A stretch of 64,000 nucleotides of DNA, taken from a virus. This document shows, piece after piece, positions 18,321 through 27,832 of this stretch (position 1 is the stretch's first letter; each line of letters begins with the position of its first letter). Below the pieces are notes generated by a model. The model was not told the DNA's origin and searched no databases. It saw nothing but the letters and a program-made list of their open reading frames with translations. A program made the position numbers and the translations under genes. The stretch lies in IMG/VR virus record IMGVR_UViG_3300027668_001405, positions 73,798 to 137,797 of that record. One strand, given 5' to 3'.

Positions 18321-19267
18321 TAAATCTTATGTGTAAACAAACTGCTTACACTTTCTTCATTACTTACTCTTCGAATTGCTTCACCAAACATAGTTGATAC
18401 ACTTACTACTCGTGTTTTCTTACAATTGCTTGGACAGCTAAATTCAATACTATCTGTAATAACAAGTTCTTCAAGAGCACTGTCTTCTACTTTCTGACAT
18501 GCTTTATTAGTCAGTACACCGTGTGTGATATAAGCTCGTACACTTAATGCACCTGCGTCCATAATTGCTTGTGCGGCATTACATAACGTTCCACCACTAT
18601 CAATAATGTCGTCTACTAGAATAGCATGTTGTCCTTCAACAACACCAATCAACCCCATAACTTCACTCTCACCAGCTCGTGGTCGACGTTTGTCTACAAT
18701 AGCAATATCACCACCAAACATATCTGCAAATTTACGAGCTCGTACTGTACCGCCTGCATCAGGACTTACAAATACTGTACCAGCACTAGTGTCTACATTA
18801 TATTTAATATCTTTTGCGAATGCAATGCGTGATGTTAAATCATCAACAGGAATATCAAAGAAGCCCTGTATCTGTCCTGCGTGTAAATCCATTGTAAGGA
18901 TTCTATCTGCACCGGATTCAGTAATTAGGTTTGCTACTAGTTTTGCTGTAATAGGTGTGCGACTTGCACTTTTACGATCTTGTCGAGCGTAACCAAAGTA
19001 AGGGATAACTGCTGTGATACGTCTAGCACTGCTACGTTTAGCGGCGTCTATCATTATCATTAGTTCCATTAGGTTGTCGTTAACAGGTGTACTTGTTGAT
19101 TGTATGATGAAAACATCCTCGCCTCTAATGTTTTCGTTAAACTCAACACTAGTCTCGCCGTCTGGAAAAGACTTAATTTCAGCTGGTACAAGTGTCGCAA
19201 AACAATGGTCCGCAATTTTGGTTGCCATTTCAATGTTACTGTTGCCTGCGATTATTTTCATCTTCAT
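18320..19267 (-). CDS. prs: Ribose-phosphate pyrophosphokinase
   Basis: [47 protein letters not shown]. Confidence 0.97.
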   Translation of the reverse strand: MKMKIIAGNSNIEMATKIADHCFATLVPAEIKSFPDGETSVEFNENIRGEDVFIIQSTSTPVNDNLMELMIMIDAAKRSSARRITAVIPYFGYARQDRKSASRTPITAKLVANLITESGADRILTMDLHAGQIQGFFDIPVDDLTSRIAFAKDIKYNVDTSAGTVFVSPDAGGTVRARKFADMFGGDIAIVDKRRPRAGESEVMGLIGVVEGQHAILVDDIIDSGGTLCNAAQAIMDAGALSVRAYITHGVLTNKACQKVEDSALEELVITDSIEFSCPSNCKKTRVVSVSTMFGEAIRRVSNEESVSSLFTHKI

Positions 19268-19306
19268 TCAGTTCCCATTCTCTTTGATTGTTTGTAAGTT
19301 ATGTAT

Positions 19307-19335
19307 ATTATAGTATACTTTAGGATGCTTGTCAA
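19307..19335 (-). promoter_or_regulatory. Sigma70 promoter for prs
   Basis: TTGACA-N17-TATAAT. Confidence 0.9.
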
Positions 19336-19356
19336 TAGCTATTTCAAACTATTTGG

Positions 19357-19392
19357 AAAAAAAGCTACAGCAAACAGGCCGCCTGCTGTAGC
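19357..19392 (-). terminator. Rho-independent terminator after clpP
   Basis: GCTACAGCA...TGCTGTAGC 9-bp stem followed by T7 on the minus strand. Confidence 0.8.
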
Positions 19393-19402
19393 CAATAATT
19401 AA

Positions 19403-20044
19403 CTAGTAAGTGTCAACTATTTTATCTGCGATACCGTGTTTTACCGCTTCTTCTGCACTTAACCATACATCTTCTGCAGGTAGTAAGATTTCTCTGATTT
19501 TCTTTTCAGGTAATCCTGTGCAACGTTTATAGTGTTCTATCATACGTGCTGTTGATAGTTCAAACTCTTTAACACGTGCAAATAGTTCGTGTTCTTTACC
19601 TACTGAACCCCAACTATATTGGTGTGATAAGATACTTGTATTTCGTGTTAAAATACGTCTACCCTTTTCGCCTGCCATAAATGCAAGCACTCCACATGAT
19701 GCAATCATTCCTAAGCCAACTGTCTTAATTGGTATAGCTGATCCTTTCATAGTATCAATCATACCAAAAGCGGCATGTACTGATCCTCCAGGACTGTTAA
19801 TAATCAGTGTTAGTTCATTAGGACGCTCACTATCTGGTAGTAAGTTTTTCTCAATAATCCATTGAACTACGGGTTTTGTTGTTTCGTAAGTAAACCCATC
19901 TGCAAAGTAGTATACACCTGCATCCCACATCATTTGTCCAGGTTGCTTTGGTTGTCCTAATGGTGCTGGCTTTGCGCCTGCTGGACCACCTTCTAGGGCA
20001 TCGCCCATTTGTGCAATTGCACTTTGTAATTTATCAAAATCCAT
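19403..20044 (-). CDS. clpP: ClpP-like protease subunit
   Basis: LIINSPGGSV, GMIASCG (catalytic Ser), ILSHQ, EDVWLSAEEAVKHGIADKI. Confidence 0.92.
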   Translation of the reverse strand: MDFDKLQSAIAQMGDALEGGPAGAKPAPLGQPKQPGQMMWDAGVYYFADGFTYETTKPVVQWIIEKNLLPDSERPNELTLIINSPGGSVHAAFGMIDTMKGSAIPIKTVGLGMIASCGVLAFMAGEKGRRILTRNTSILSHQYSWGSVGKEHELFARVKEFELSTARMIEHYKRCTGLPEKKIREILLPAEDVWLSAEEAVKHGIADKIVDTY

Positions 20045-20100
20045 TTATATTCCTTGTTTAATTTTAAAGTTGTTTACGACTTATCTCGTCGCCTTAATTG

Positions 20101-20478
20101 TTAACCTACTGCGACACGACTAGTGTCATCTGATGGTCGTTTACGTACTGACTTTGGAAGTATTGCAATTGTATTATCTTCCATTGGGTTAGTGTCATTT
20201 ACTGCTAGGCACTCGTCGTTGTCAATTAGATAAAGTTTTAAATCTTCGTTAATCTTTAGTCCATTACTCCAACGTCCATGTGCAACCATGACGTACTCAC
20301 CTTCTTTAATAAAGTCAATTTCTGACCCAACACTGTATACCTTAAACCAACGTGGTCTAACTGCATTCTCAGTAGCATCTTTTTCTGTAAGTATAATGCC
20401 ACCTTGTGTTGTTATTGTTTGATCTGGCTTATCAATCATCTCTGCCAAAATCTTATTTTTTGTTGCTTTAACTATCAT
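20101..20478 (-). CDS. groES: GroES/Cpn10-like co-chaperonin
   Basis: TTQGGIIL mobile loop, KVYSVG, IKEGEYVMV..HG. Confidence 0.8.
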   Translation of the reverse strand: MIVKATKNKILAEMIDKPDQTITTQGGIILTEKDATENAVRPRWFKVYSVGSEIDFIKEGEYVMVAHGRWSNGLKINEDLKLYLIDNDECLAVNDTNPMEDNTIAILPKSVRKRPSDDTSRVAVG

Positions 20479-20481
20479 TGT

Positions 20482-20853
20482 TTACTCCGTTTCAATGTCT
20501 TCCATTGTTCCATCACTGTACTCAACCTCAAAATACTGACTTCCGTTATCTCTGGTTCTTGCAGTACGTGATACTTCTGTTACTTTCGTAGCAGTCTTCT
20601 TAGCAGGTTTGTCTACGGGCGTAGTGTCTGTCTCTGGCGCCTGTATACTTACTGGTTCTGTTACACCTGGCACTGTCTTGTCATAGTACTTATTAGCAAT
20701 ATCTTCTCTTGATATTTCTACGTTGTTTCTATTATCAATAATGTCGCCACGTGCATTCATGTTCAAGTTGCTTACTGCCCTTGTGTTTTCATGTTTTGCC
20801 GCCAATGCTGCCATATCTAGCACTTGGCCTTTAGCTGTTTTTACTCTTTTCAT
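20482..20853 (-). CDS. Hypothetical protein
   Basis: KTAKGQVLDMAAL..NMNARGD; coupled ORF. Confidence 0.7.
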   Translation of the reverse strand: MKRVKTAKGQVLDMAALAAKHENTRAVSNLNMNARGDIIDNRNNVEISREDIANKYYDKTVPGVTEPVSIQAPETDTTPVDKPAKKTATKVTEVSRTARTRDNGSQYFEVEYSDGTMEDIETE

Positions 20854-21356
20854 TTTAAGAACTCCTTGATATCAAGTTTATATTTTATGCTATCTATGCG
20901 ATGCACACCTAGCAAGTACAGGCAGTAACTAGCTACACTACTACCTCTTCCCACGCCTAGTACTATGTCATTTTTATCACAAGTATCAACTAGGTATTTT
21001 AGGAATTTTAACACAATTACCATGCCTCTGTTTTCATATTCAAGAAGCTCGGTATATACTCTGTCACGTTGCTGTGCTGTAGTACAACGTTCCATTAACA
21101 TCTCATTTATATTTATGTTCAAATATTCGTCGGGCATATTCCATTTACGCAAACATTCCTCAACATATGTATCACTGTTATCTTCGTAGTCTGCATTAAC
21201 CAATTCATCTAGGTCAAATGTTTCACACCACTCGTTATAAGTGTTAATTGGTGCAACATCGTCCATAATAACGTTATTTACATTACTACCGCTTAGCCAG
21301 CCGTCAACAATGTCCTGTTCGGAAATAACGTATTGCTTATTTTTGTTCATATGCAT
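20850..21356 (-). CDS. Stand-alone fragment of DNA polymerase III alpha (DnaE)
   Basis: GVGRGSSVASYCLYLLGVHRIDSIKY matches the DnaE GPGRGS motif. The ORF ends just before the catalytic DxD. Confidence 0.8.
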   Translation of the reverse strand: MHMNKNKQYVISEQDIVDGWLSGSNVNNVIMDDVAPINTYNEWCETFDLDELVNADYEDNSDTYVEECLRKWNMPDEYLNININEMLMERCTTAQQRDRVYTELLEYENRGMVIVLKFLKYLVDTCDKNDIVLGVGRGSSVASYCLYLLGVHRIDSIKYKLDIKEFLK

Positions 21357-21362
21357 CCTACT

Positions 21363-21391
21363 ATTATATTACTTTTTGGCATAAAAGTCAA
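21363..21391 (-). promoter_or_regulatory. Sigma70 promoter
   Basis: TTGACT-N17-TATAAT. Confidence 0.75.
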
Positions 21392-21674
21392 GCATTTCTT
21401 TAATTGATTCTGCCTCTGGTATTTCTTCTGGTAGTATAACTTCGCCAATTTCTAGCACTGATCCATCTATTTTATCATTTTTCATCATAGCTGTTTGCAC
21501 GATCTGGTTCTTGTGATCTCTAATTAAGTCAATAAACAAATTAATTTGATCTAACATCTCACCACTCATCTGTGCTTTGGCAGCGGCTAGTACCTTCTTA
21601 AGCATTTGCTTTTCAAATTCAATAGTCTCTTCCATTGTAAGTGTTTCAAGTGCTTTATCTTTGTAATTAATCAT
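21369..21674 (-). CDS. Hypothetical protein
   Basis: 101-aa ORF with ATGA overlap to rpiB. Confidence 0.6.
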   Translation of the reverse strand: MINYKDKALETLTMEETIEFEKQMLKKVLAAAKAQMSGEMLDQINLFIDLIRDHKNQIVQTAMMKNDKIDGSVLEIGEVILPEEIPEAESIKEMLDFYAKK

Positions 21675-22117
21675 CTCATCATGTCCACTCGTTTTTGGTG
21701 TCTTCCACCTTCGAACTTTGTAGTAAAGAATGTTTTAATTATGGACTTAGCTTTTTGTAAACTAGTAAAATCAGCACCCAAGCATAATACATTTGCATCA
21801 TTGTGCTTACGTGCCATTTCAGCTTCTTTTTCTGTTCTACAAACTACTGCTCTTACGCCCGGTACTCTGTTAGCTGTAATTGAAACTCCATAACCTGACC
21901 CACAAATTAAAATACCTACATTTGATGCTTTACTAGATATTTCAATAGCTAGCTTGTTTGCAATTATAGGGTAATCTGTTTTAACTTCTGTGTGTGGTCC
22001 AACATCGTAGAACACAGAGATATCAAAAGTAAGATCTTTATCAATTGGAGTTAACCATTTTGATAATTGGTCTTTAAATTCATAACCTCTATGGTCTGAA
22101 GCAATGCACAAATCCAT
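21671..22117 (-). CDS. rpiB: Ribose-5-phosphate isomerase B
   Basis: IASDHRG, GILICGSGYG, NRVPGVRA, ARKHNDANVLCLG. Confidence 0.95.
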   Translation of the reverse strand: MDLCIASDHRGYEFKDQLSKWLTPIDKDLTFDISVFYDVGPHTEVKTDYPIIANKLAIEISSKASNVGILICGSGYGVSITANRVPGVRAVVCRTEKEAEMARKHNDANVLCLGADFTSLQKAKSIIKTFFTTKFEGGRHQKRVDMMR

Positions 22118-22525
22118 CTAGATATCTCCGTCCTGACGGTTTTCACTATAGTATGCATCAAAGTCACCACCTGGGTAACGTGCTTTAAGTTTGTCAATGT
22201 TCATTTGAATAACTTCATTTGGATCAATTTTTAGTGCCATGCACCCTTGCATCCAATACCACATTACATCGCCTAGTTCACGTTGCATATGATAAATGTT
22301 GTCTTCGGACATTGGCTTACCTTGAAACATAGCTTTTTTAACTATCTCAGTAAACTCTCCGGCTTCTGCACCTAGTCCACAACTTGCGGTTAGTAAACGT
22401 GGCATATCCACGTTCTTGTTTAGATCGTTCCAGTTAGCAATAAACGCATCATTGTTTTTGCTTTGTTCACTGGTAACGGCATCTACGAATTCTTCGTACT
22501 TCTTTAGATCAATTTGTTTAGTCAT
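22118..22525 (-). CDS. mazG: MazG-like NTP pyrophosphohydrolase
   Basis: GLGAEAGEFTEIVKK and RELGDVMWY acidic motifs. Confidence 0.88.
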   Translation of the reverse strand: MTKQIDLKKYEEFVDAVTSEQSKNNDAFIANWNDLNKNVDMPRLLTASCGLGAEAGEFTEIVKKAMFQGKPMSEDNIYHMQRELGDVMWYWMQGCMALKIDPNEVIQMNIDKLKARYPGGDFDAYYSENRQDGDI

Positions 22526-22538
22526 TTTACTCTCTCTG

Positions 22539-22934
22539 TTATTTAGATACGTTAACTTCACTAGCTAACTTATACGCTGAGTCATTAGCTTCTATTTTAT
22601 CCATATCAAAGTTTACGCTTTCTCCACATCCACAACTACTGCTTGATGCTGGATTAACTACTTCTAACATGGTACCCATAAGGTCTTGTTTTAGTTCCAG
22701 TGTCGTTCCAAATAAGAACATAATGCTTGCACTGTCAACGGCCATTTTGTGCCCGTTATCCATTATTATAACATGATCTGCTTTAGTGTCAAGCTCTGAT
22801 TCTTCTTTTAATTTCCATTCATAACTAAATCCTGCACAACCACCGCCACGTAATCCTAATACAGGAACTTTGTTTTCGTTCATTTCACTTATATTAGTTA
22901 AGTGGTGCATTGCTTTGTCTGTTACTTTTATCAT
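22539..22934 (-). CDS. iscA: A-type Fe-S carrier (IscA/HesB family)
   Basis: GGGCAGFSY and NP..SSCGCGES. Confidence 0.93.
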   Translation of the reverse strand: MIKVTDKAMHHLTNISEMNENKVPVLGLRGGGCAGFSYEWKLKEESELDTKADHVIIMDNGHKMAVDSASIMFLFGTTLELKQDLMGTMLEVVNPASSSSCGCGESVNFDMDKIEANDSAYKLASEVNVSK

Positions 22935-23476
22935 TTTTCTATCTCCAAAGAGTTTACTGTCCAAAAGTTACTCTTACTAACTTCGGGTGAGTTGAGATAT
23001 TGCAAGTTTACAATAGACACACCACCTAAAACTTGTGCGCCTGTCTGCTTTATCAATCTCTTGGTAGCAATCATACTACCTCCTGTTGCTATAAGATCGT
23101 CTGCAATAATAACTCTTGCAGTATGACCAAGTATACCTTCTTGTATTGTAAGTGTATCACTTCCATATTCAAGTTCATACGTTTCTTCTAATAGCTGTCC
23201 TGGGTATTTAGCGCCTTTCTTCCGAACCATTGTAAAAGGCAAGCCCATAGCATATGCTAAAGCCGCTCCAATTACAAATCCTCTGCTCTCAATACCAACA
23301 ATATGAGTAGGGAATAGAAACGCTTCGTCACATTCCTTTGCCATATGTTTTACTAACGGATTCCACATAGGACTACTGAACAAACTATTTACATCGTAGA
23401 AGTTAACTCCTGCAATTGGATAGTCTGGTACTGTTCTAATGAAATCTTTAATGTTTGTTATGTCTAATTCTTCCAT
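22931..23476 (-). CDS. apt: Adenine phosphoribosyltransferase
   Basis: IRTVPDYP..FYDV, GIESRGF, VRKKG, YELEYG, ADDLIATGGS. Confidence 0.95.
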   Translation of the reverse strand: MEELDITNIKDFIRTVPDYPIAGVNFYDVNSLFSSPMWNPLVKHMAKECDEAFLFPTHIVGIESRGFVIGAALAYAMGLPFTMVRKKGAKYPGQLLEETYELEYGSDTLTIQEGILGHTARVIIADDLIATGGSMIATKRLIKQTGAQVLGGVSIVNLQYLNSPEVSKSNFWTVNSLEIEK

Positions 23477-23488
23477 GTGTTTTTATCC

Positions 23489-24448
23489 TTATATGTCGTA
23501 TGTGTTTACTTTTTTATAGTCTCGTTCAATTCTAATCATTCTACCATCAAATAACGGCAAACCTTTTAGTTTTACTATTTTAAATATATCATTCCATAAA
23601 GAATGAGAAGTAGATCGACCACTTTTATAAGTATTCTTTTCAGCCCACAGGCCTAATATTTTATATGGGTTTTCTTTTAACCATCTTGATTTATTAAATC
23701 GTACAGTATGTGCAAAGAATAAATCATCTGGAGATGTGCTAATACCATCACTATTATAATTAAGTCCAACATTACTTGTAAGATATGTTTCTGCCTCCCA
23801 ATTATGAATCTGATAGTGGGTACCATTGACTTGGGAATGATATGAAAAATCATTAAAAATCATTAGAAGTTGATGAGCAAAATCACTGTAGTACTGTGTC
23901 ATTTCTTCTCGTTGATCCTGGCTCAGTCTTTCTTCATCATACCAGTACTTCTTTCCCATTCTAACATCCCATCTCATTCTCAATACAATATCGTATTCAG
24001 CTGTTGGTACTAAGTTGTATGCATGAAATGCACTAACAATCTGCCCATAAGCCATTGGAGACACTTTCTCGTAAAATTCCATTAACTGCTTATCTGTTAA
24101 TGTACTAAACTTATGTGTCTCGTCCCAGCCAACTTTGTAAGGTAATCTATGTGCTAGGTCTTGTCTTACCCATTCCCAAATCTCTTTTTGGTTGCTTTGC
24201 TTAAATGCTACTTGGTTATGCAGTGGATCAGGAAGTTCACATTGATCCCATGTATGCCCAAAATTATCCATAGTAACTACTGGTTCTGGAGAATGACGTC
24301 CAGTCATCTGCTTTACTAATTGCTTCCTAACTTCATAAAAGAAGTTTTGATTAGATTCCCTAATCGATACCTCTTTATTACCGTCTTGGTGATTAAAATT
24401 GCGTGTTAGTCCACTGTAACAAATTGCTATTCTTATGGGATGTGCCAT
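23489..24448 (-). CDS. Hypothetical protein, possibly glycosyltransferase-like
   Basis: RIAICYSGLTR and YDIVLRMRWD motifs resemble putative glycosyltransferase-like phage proteins; the function call is weak. Confidence 0.45.
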   Translation of the reverse strand: MAHPIRIAICYSGLTRNFNHQDGNKEVSIRESNQNFFYEVRKQLVKQMTGRHSPEPVVTMDNFGHTWDQCELPDPLHNQVAFKQSNQKEIWEWVRQDLAHRLPYKVGWDETHKFSTLTDKQLMEFYEKVSPMAYGQIVSAFHAYNLVPTAEYDIVLRMRWDVRMGKKYWYDEERLSQDQREEMTQYYSDFAHQLLMIFNDFSYHSQVNGTHYQIHNWEAETYLTSNVGLNYNSDGISTSPDDLFFAHTVRFNKSRWLKENPYKILGLWAEKNTYKSGRSTSHSLWNDIFKIVKLKGLPLFDGRMIRIERDYKKVNTYDI

Positions 24449-25663
24449 TTAATGAGCGGCCCAAACTACTGTGTTTAGATCAATTCCATCTTTATACATA
24501 TCCCATAAAGGTGACAGATCTCTTAATTTCTTTACCTTGTCTCTAACAAGTCTAATTGCTTCGTCTACTTCGGCTTCAGTTGTGTAACGTCCTACACTAA
24601 AACGTATAGAACTAGCTGATAACTCATCTGCTAAACCTAATGCTCTAAGAACATAAGATGGTTCTAAACTTGATGATGTACAAGCAGAGCCTGATGATAC
24701 TGCAATGTCTGATACTGCCATTAGTAACGATTCACCTTCTACATAGCTAAAGCTAATATTTAAGTTACTGCCAATACGTTGTTCCATATCGCCATTTACT
24801 TTTACTTCTTCCATATCTGAGAAGCCAGCGTACAATCTATCTCTAAGAGCACGTGTTCTAACTTCTTCGTCTGCCATACATTCTTGAGCAATTTCAAATG
24901 CTTCGCCTATCCCAACAATTTGATGAGTAGCTAGTGTACCTGAACGCATTCCACGTTCGTGCCCACCTCCATGCATTTGTGCTTCAAGTCTGACTCGAGG
25001 CTTACGTGATACATAAAGAGCTCCCATGCCTTTTGGCCCGTATATCTTATGTGCTGAAAAGCTCATTAAGTCTACTGGAAGTGCTTTTAAGTCTATTGGA
25101 ATTTTACCAACTGACTGTGCAGCATCGACGTGAAAAAATACTTTGTTTGCTCTGCATATATCGCCTATAGCTTGTAAGTCTTGTATTACACCAATCTCAT
25201 TATTAACGTGCATAAATGACGCTAAGATTGTGTCTTCTCTTACTGTAGCTTTAAATTCTTCAATGTCTAATAGCCCACTAGGTAACGGAGTCATATAAGT
25301 TACTTCGAATCCTTCACGTTCTAATTGACGACAAGTATCAAGTACTGCTTTATGTTCTGTCTTTAGGGTAATAATATGCTTGCCTTGTTTTTGGTAAAAC
25401 TGTGCAATACCTTTAAGTGCTAAGTTGTTTGATTCTGTTGCACCCGAAGTCCATACTATTGCTCTAGGATCACAATTTACTAAATCTGCTACTTGGTTAC
25501 GAGCTTTCTCTACTGCCGCTTCTGCTTGCCAGCCATACATGTGTGAACGTGATGCTGGGTTTCCAAAGGTACCTGTTAATGTTAAACACTCTGCCATTTT
25601 CTGTGCTACTCTGGCATCTACTGGTGTTGTTGATGAGTAATCCATATACGTTGGAGTCTTCAT
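24449..25663 (-). CDS. iscS: Cysteine desulfurase IscS
   Basis: [19 protein letters not shown] (PLP Lys), SSGSACTS (catalytic Cys), and the proteobacterial-type tail [21 protein letters not shown]. Confidence 0.97.
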   Translation of the reverse strand: MKTPTYMDYSSTTPVDARVAQKMAECLTLTGTFGNPASRSHMYGWQAEAAVEKARNQVADLVNCDPRAIVWTSGATESNNLALKGIAQFYQKQGKHIITLKTEHKAVLDTCRQLEREGFEVTYMTPLPSGLLDIEEFKATVREDTILASFMHVNNEIGVIQDLQAIGDICRANKVFFHVDAAQSVGKIPIDLKALPVDLMSFSAHKIYGPKGMGALYVSRKPRVRLEAQMHGGGHERGMRSGTLATHQIVGIGEAFEIAQECMADEEVRTRALRDRLYAGFSDMEEVKVNGDMEQRIGSNLNISFSYVEGESLLMAVSDIAVSSGSACTSSSLEPSYVLRALGLADELSASSIRFSVGRYTTEAEVDEAIRLVRDKVKKLRDLSPLWDMYKDGIDLNTVVWAAH

Positions 25664-25664
25664 A

Positions 25665-26039
25665 TTAGCCTTCCTCTTGTTGATCACTTTCTGTTGGGCC
25701 GTAGTCATCATAAGAGCTTAGTCCATCATCAGGGAAATCATACATTGCCATCGGGTCCGAAGTATAATACGGGTCATTAAATGCCGGATCATCTTCGCCT
25801 GTTACACCTTTAACTTCTGGAACAAAATGCATTAGTGTGCTTTCAACACCTTGCTTTAATGTTGCCATACTACTAGCACAACCACTGCAACTTCCGCTTA
25901 GTTGTGTTTTTAAAATACCGCTATCCATATTAAAGTCAATAACGTTAACTTGTCCACCATGCGCCGCTACATTGGGCGTAACATACTCGTCCATGACTGA
26001 TGAAATTTGCTCGAGTATATCTTCTTTACTTCTACTCAT
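25665..26039 (-). CDS. nfuA: NifU/NfuA C-terminal Fe-S carrier domain protein
   Basis: [18 protein letters not shown] (CxxC)..TLKQGVE. Confidence 0.9.
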   Translation of the reverse strand: MSRSKEDILEQISSVMDEYVTPNVAAHGGQVNVIDFNMDSGILKTQLSGSCSGCASSMATLKQGVESTLMHFVPEVKGVTGEDDPAFNDPYYTSDPMAMYDFPDDGLSSYDDYGPTESDQQEEG

Positions 26040-26181
26040 ATTTGTACCTCGTTTTTTTAACAGCCATCATGTGGATGCTACGTTCTGGTTTATCTTTACG
26101 TGTTGCAAATTGATAGCCGCTAATAAATGAAATTACTATTACTGTTGCGATTGCTAAAACATGCCATACTATAAATGTCAT
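26032..26181 (-). CDS. Small 49-aa membrane peptide (not in the track)
   Basis: MTFIVWHVLAIATVIVISFISGY..., with GGAG SD and ATGA coupling. Confidence 0.55.
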   Translation of the reverse strand: MTFIVWHVLAIATVIVISFISGYQFATRKDKPERSIHMMAVKKTRYKYE

Positions 26182-26336
26182 ATTGACTCTCCTGTCTGTT
26201 TAATATAATGGTGCTTATATGCTTTCATGCTTGAAAGTTTAATACGCTCCATGTGCTTAGTTGCTTCTTGTTGGTTATTATATTCACCAACAACTACTTC
26301 ATTCTCAAATCTCGGTATATATACAACTTGAAACAT
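26178..26336 (-). CDS. Small 52-aa protein (not in the track)
   Basis: [19 protein letters not shown]...; TAATG overlap with the ferredoxin stop. Confidence 0.55.
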   Translation of the reverse strand: MFQVVYIPRFENEVVVGEYNNQQEATKHMERIKLSSMKAYKHHYIKQTGESI

Positions 26337-26698
26337 TATTCGTCTCCTTTTCCAGGTTCTGCTGAAAGCAGTTCTCGTTTATTCGGTTTGCCTTTCCATT
26401 CGGCTGCATCGGGTGGAACATCATCTGGTCGAGCCAATGTAATATTCGGCCAGGCATTTTCACCCTCGCTATACTTAGTATTTATATCCATCCAGTATTG
26501 TAGTTCAGAACCTTCCAAAACATTATCAGCCCTAATAGCATCTACTGGGCATTCAGGCTCACAAACTCCACAGTCGATACACTCGTCTGGGTTAATTACT
26601 AGGAAGTTTTCACCTTCGTAAAAACAATCAACTGGACAAACTTCTACACAGTCCATATGCTTACATTTAATACAATCTTCTGTTACTAGATACGTCAT
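26336..26698 (-). CDS. fdxA: FdxA-type (7Fe/8Fe) ferredoxin
   Basis: [36 protein letters not shown]. Confidence 0.95.
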   Translation of the reverse strand: MTYLVTEDCIKCKHMDCVEVCPVDCFYEGENFLVINPDECIDCGVCEPECPVDAIRADNVLEGSELQYWMDINTKYSEGENAWPNITLARPDDVPPDAAEWKGKPNKRELLSAEPGKGDE

Positions 26699-26711
26699 AA
26701 TTCGCCTTTAA

Positions 26712-27002
26712 TTAAAATCCTAAAATCATTCTTGTTTCTTCGCTCATCTGGTCTGGACCAAATGTAGGTTCAAATGTAACTCTTACATCACATGTATCTA
26801 CACTTTCTACTAGACAAACTGCATCATGGACTTCTGCTACGATTGCATCAGCGAATGCACAAAACGCACTTGTTAAAGTCATAACGATATCAACATGTGC
26901 TTCCTTAATATTTATTTCATAAATCAATCCCAAATCATATACGTTTATACTAATCTCTGGGTCATATACTTTTCTCAGTTCTTCAATTATCTGTTCTTTC
27001 AC
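26712..27002 (-). CDS. sufT: DUF59/SufT (MIP18 family) Fe-S maturation protein
   Basis: LRKVYDPEISINVYDLGLIY, MTLTSAFC. Confidence 0.9.
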   Translation of the reverse strand: MKEQIIEELRKVYDPEISINVYDLGLIYEINIKEAHVDIVMTLTSAFCAFADAIVAEVHDAVCLVESVDTCDVRVTFEPTFGPDQMSEETRMILGF

Positions 27003-27832
27003 TTCTTCATTCCTTTCGATAAAATCTCAGCTATTAAAAATTGCCCTTTTTGATTGATATGCATACAACCACAAAGAAAGTCTTTCTTATAGTTGGGACG
27101 CATTGCAACCTGCTCTCTAACACTGTATCCAAGAGTTAAACAACGTTCTAATTCGTAGTCTGTTATGTGTTCCATCATTTCTTGTACTGCTACGTTAACT
27201 TCGTAATTATACCAGTAAAACTCTTTGTTATGTGCTTTACACAACAATTGCACTACTCGTATAAATTCTAGTTGACGTTGCTGTATATGCTTTGTATTGC
27301 TCATATACAGTTTTGTTAGCTTCACGTATTCTTGTATATTTCTTAACTCGTCTACGTTAGGCGCATCACCGCAATTGTCTTTACCGTACAAATTGTCTTG
27401 CAAAGTACGAAGTGACTCTGCGTGACTAGTTCCCAATCGTTGACTCATTGTTTCTTCTATACACAATTGATAAGGTCTACTTGCAACCCCGTCTACTGTA
27501 TTAAACTCTCTGCTATAGTAAATCTCTTCTTTACTACTTTGCTTGAGTTCTGGCTTATTTTCTAAGTTGTCAAATGGTATTGGAACATAATCGTAATTGA
27601 GCCGAGGCTCAATTACTAATGTTGAACAATCATCTAAATAGCCACTGTTAAAAGCGTAGGTTATCTGAGCTAACATTGTTTCGTTGTTAATGCCCGATAA
27701 CCCAAAGTTTTTAACAGGCCTATCTAGTAGGTGCCCGATATACTCGCAATATGATTTGGGTACTAATCCACTTTCAAAGTCATTGCAGACTCCTTGTGTA
27801 TGACTAGTGCCAAAAAATGCAAGTGTATTCAT
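26999..27832 (-). CDS. SGNH-hydrolase-like hypothetical protein
   Basis: FFGTSHT (GxS), NFGLSGINN, C-terminal HINQKG. Confidence 0.5.
   Translation of the reverse strand: MNTLAFFGTSHTQGVCNDFESGLVPKSYCEYIGHLLDRPVKNFGLSGINNETMLAQITYAFNSGYLDDCSTLVIEPRLNYDYVPIPFDNLENKPELKQSSKEEIYYSREFNTVDGVASRPYQLCIEETMSQRLGTSHAESLRTLQDNLYGKDNCGDAPNVDELRNIQEYVKLTKLYMSNTKHIQQRQLEFIRVVQLLCKAHNKEFYWYNYEVNVAVQEMMEHITDYELERCLTLGYSVREQVAMRPNYKKDFLCGCMHINQKGQFLIAEILSKGMKK

Noticed and set aside
26183-26209. Plus-strand TTGACT..TATAAT promoter
   Set aside because: The spacer is 15 bp, the site lies within minus-strand coding sequence, and no plus-strand gene follows.
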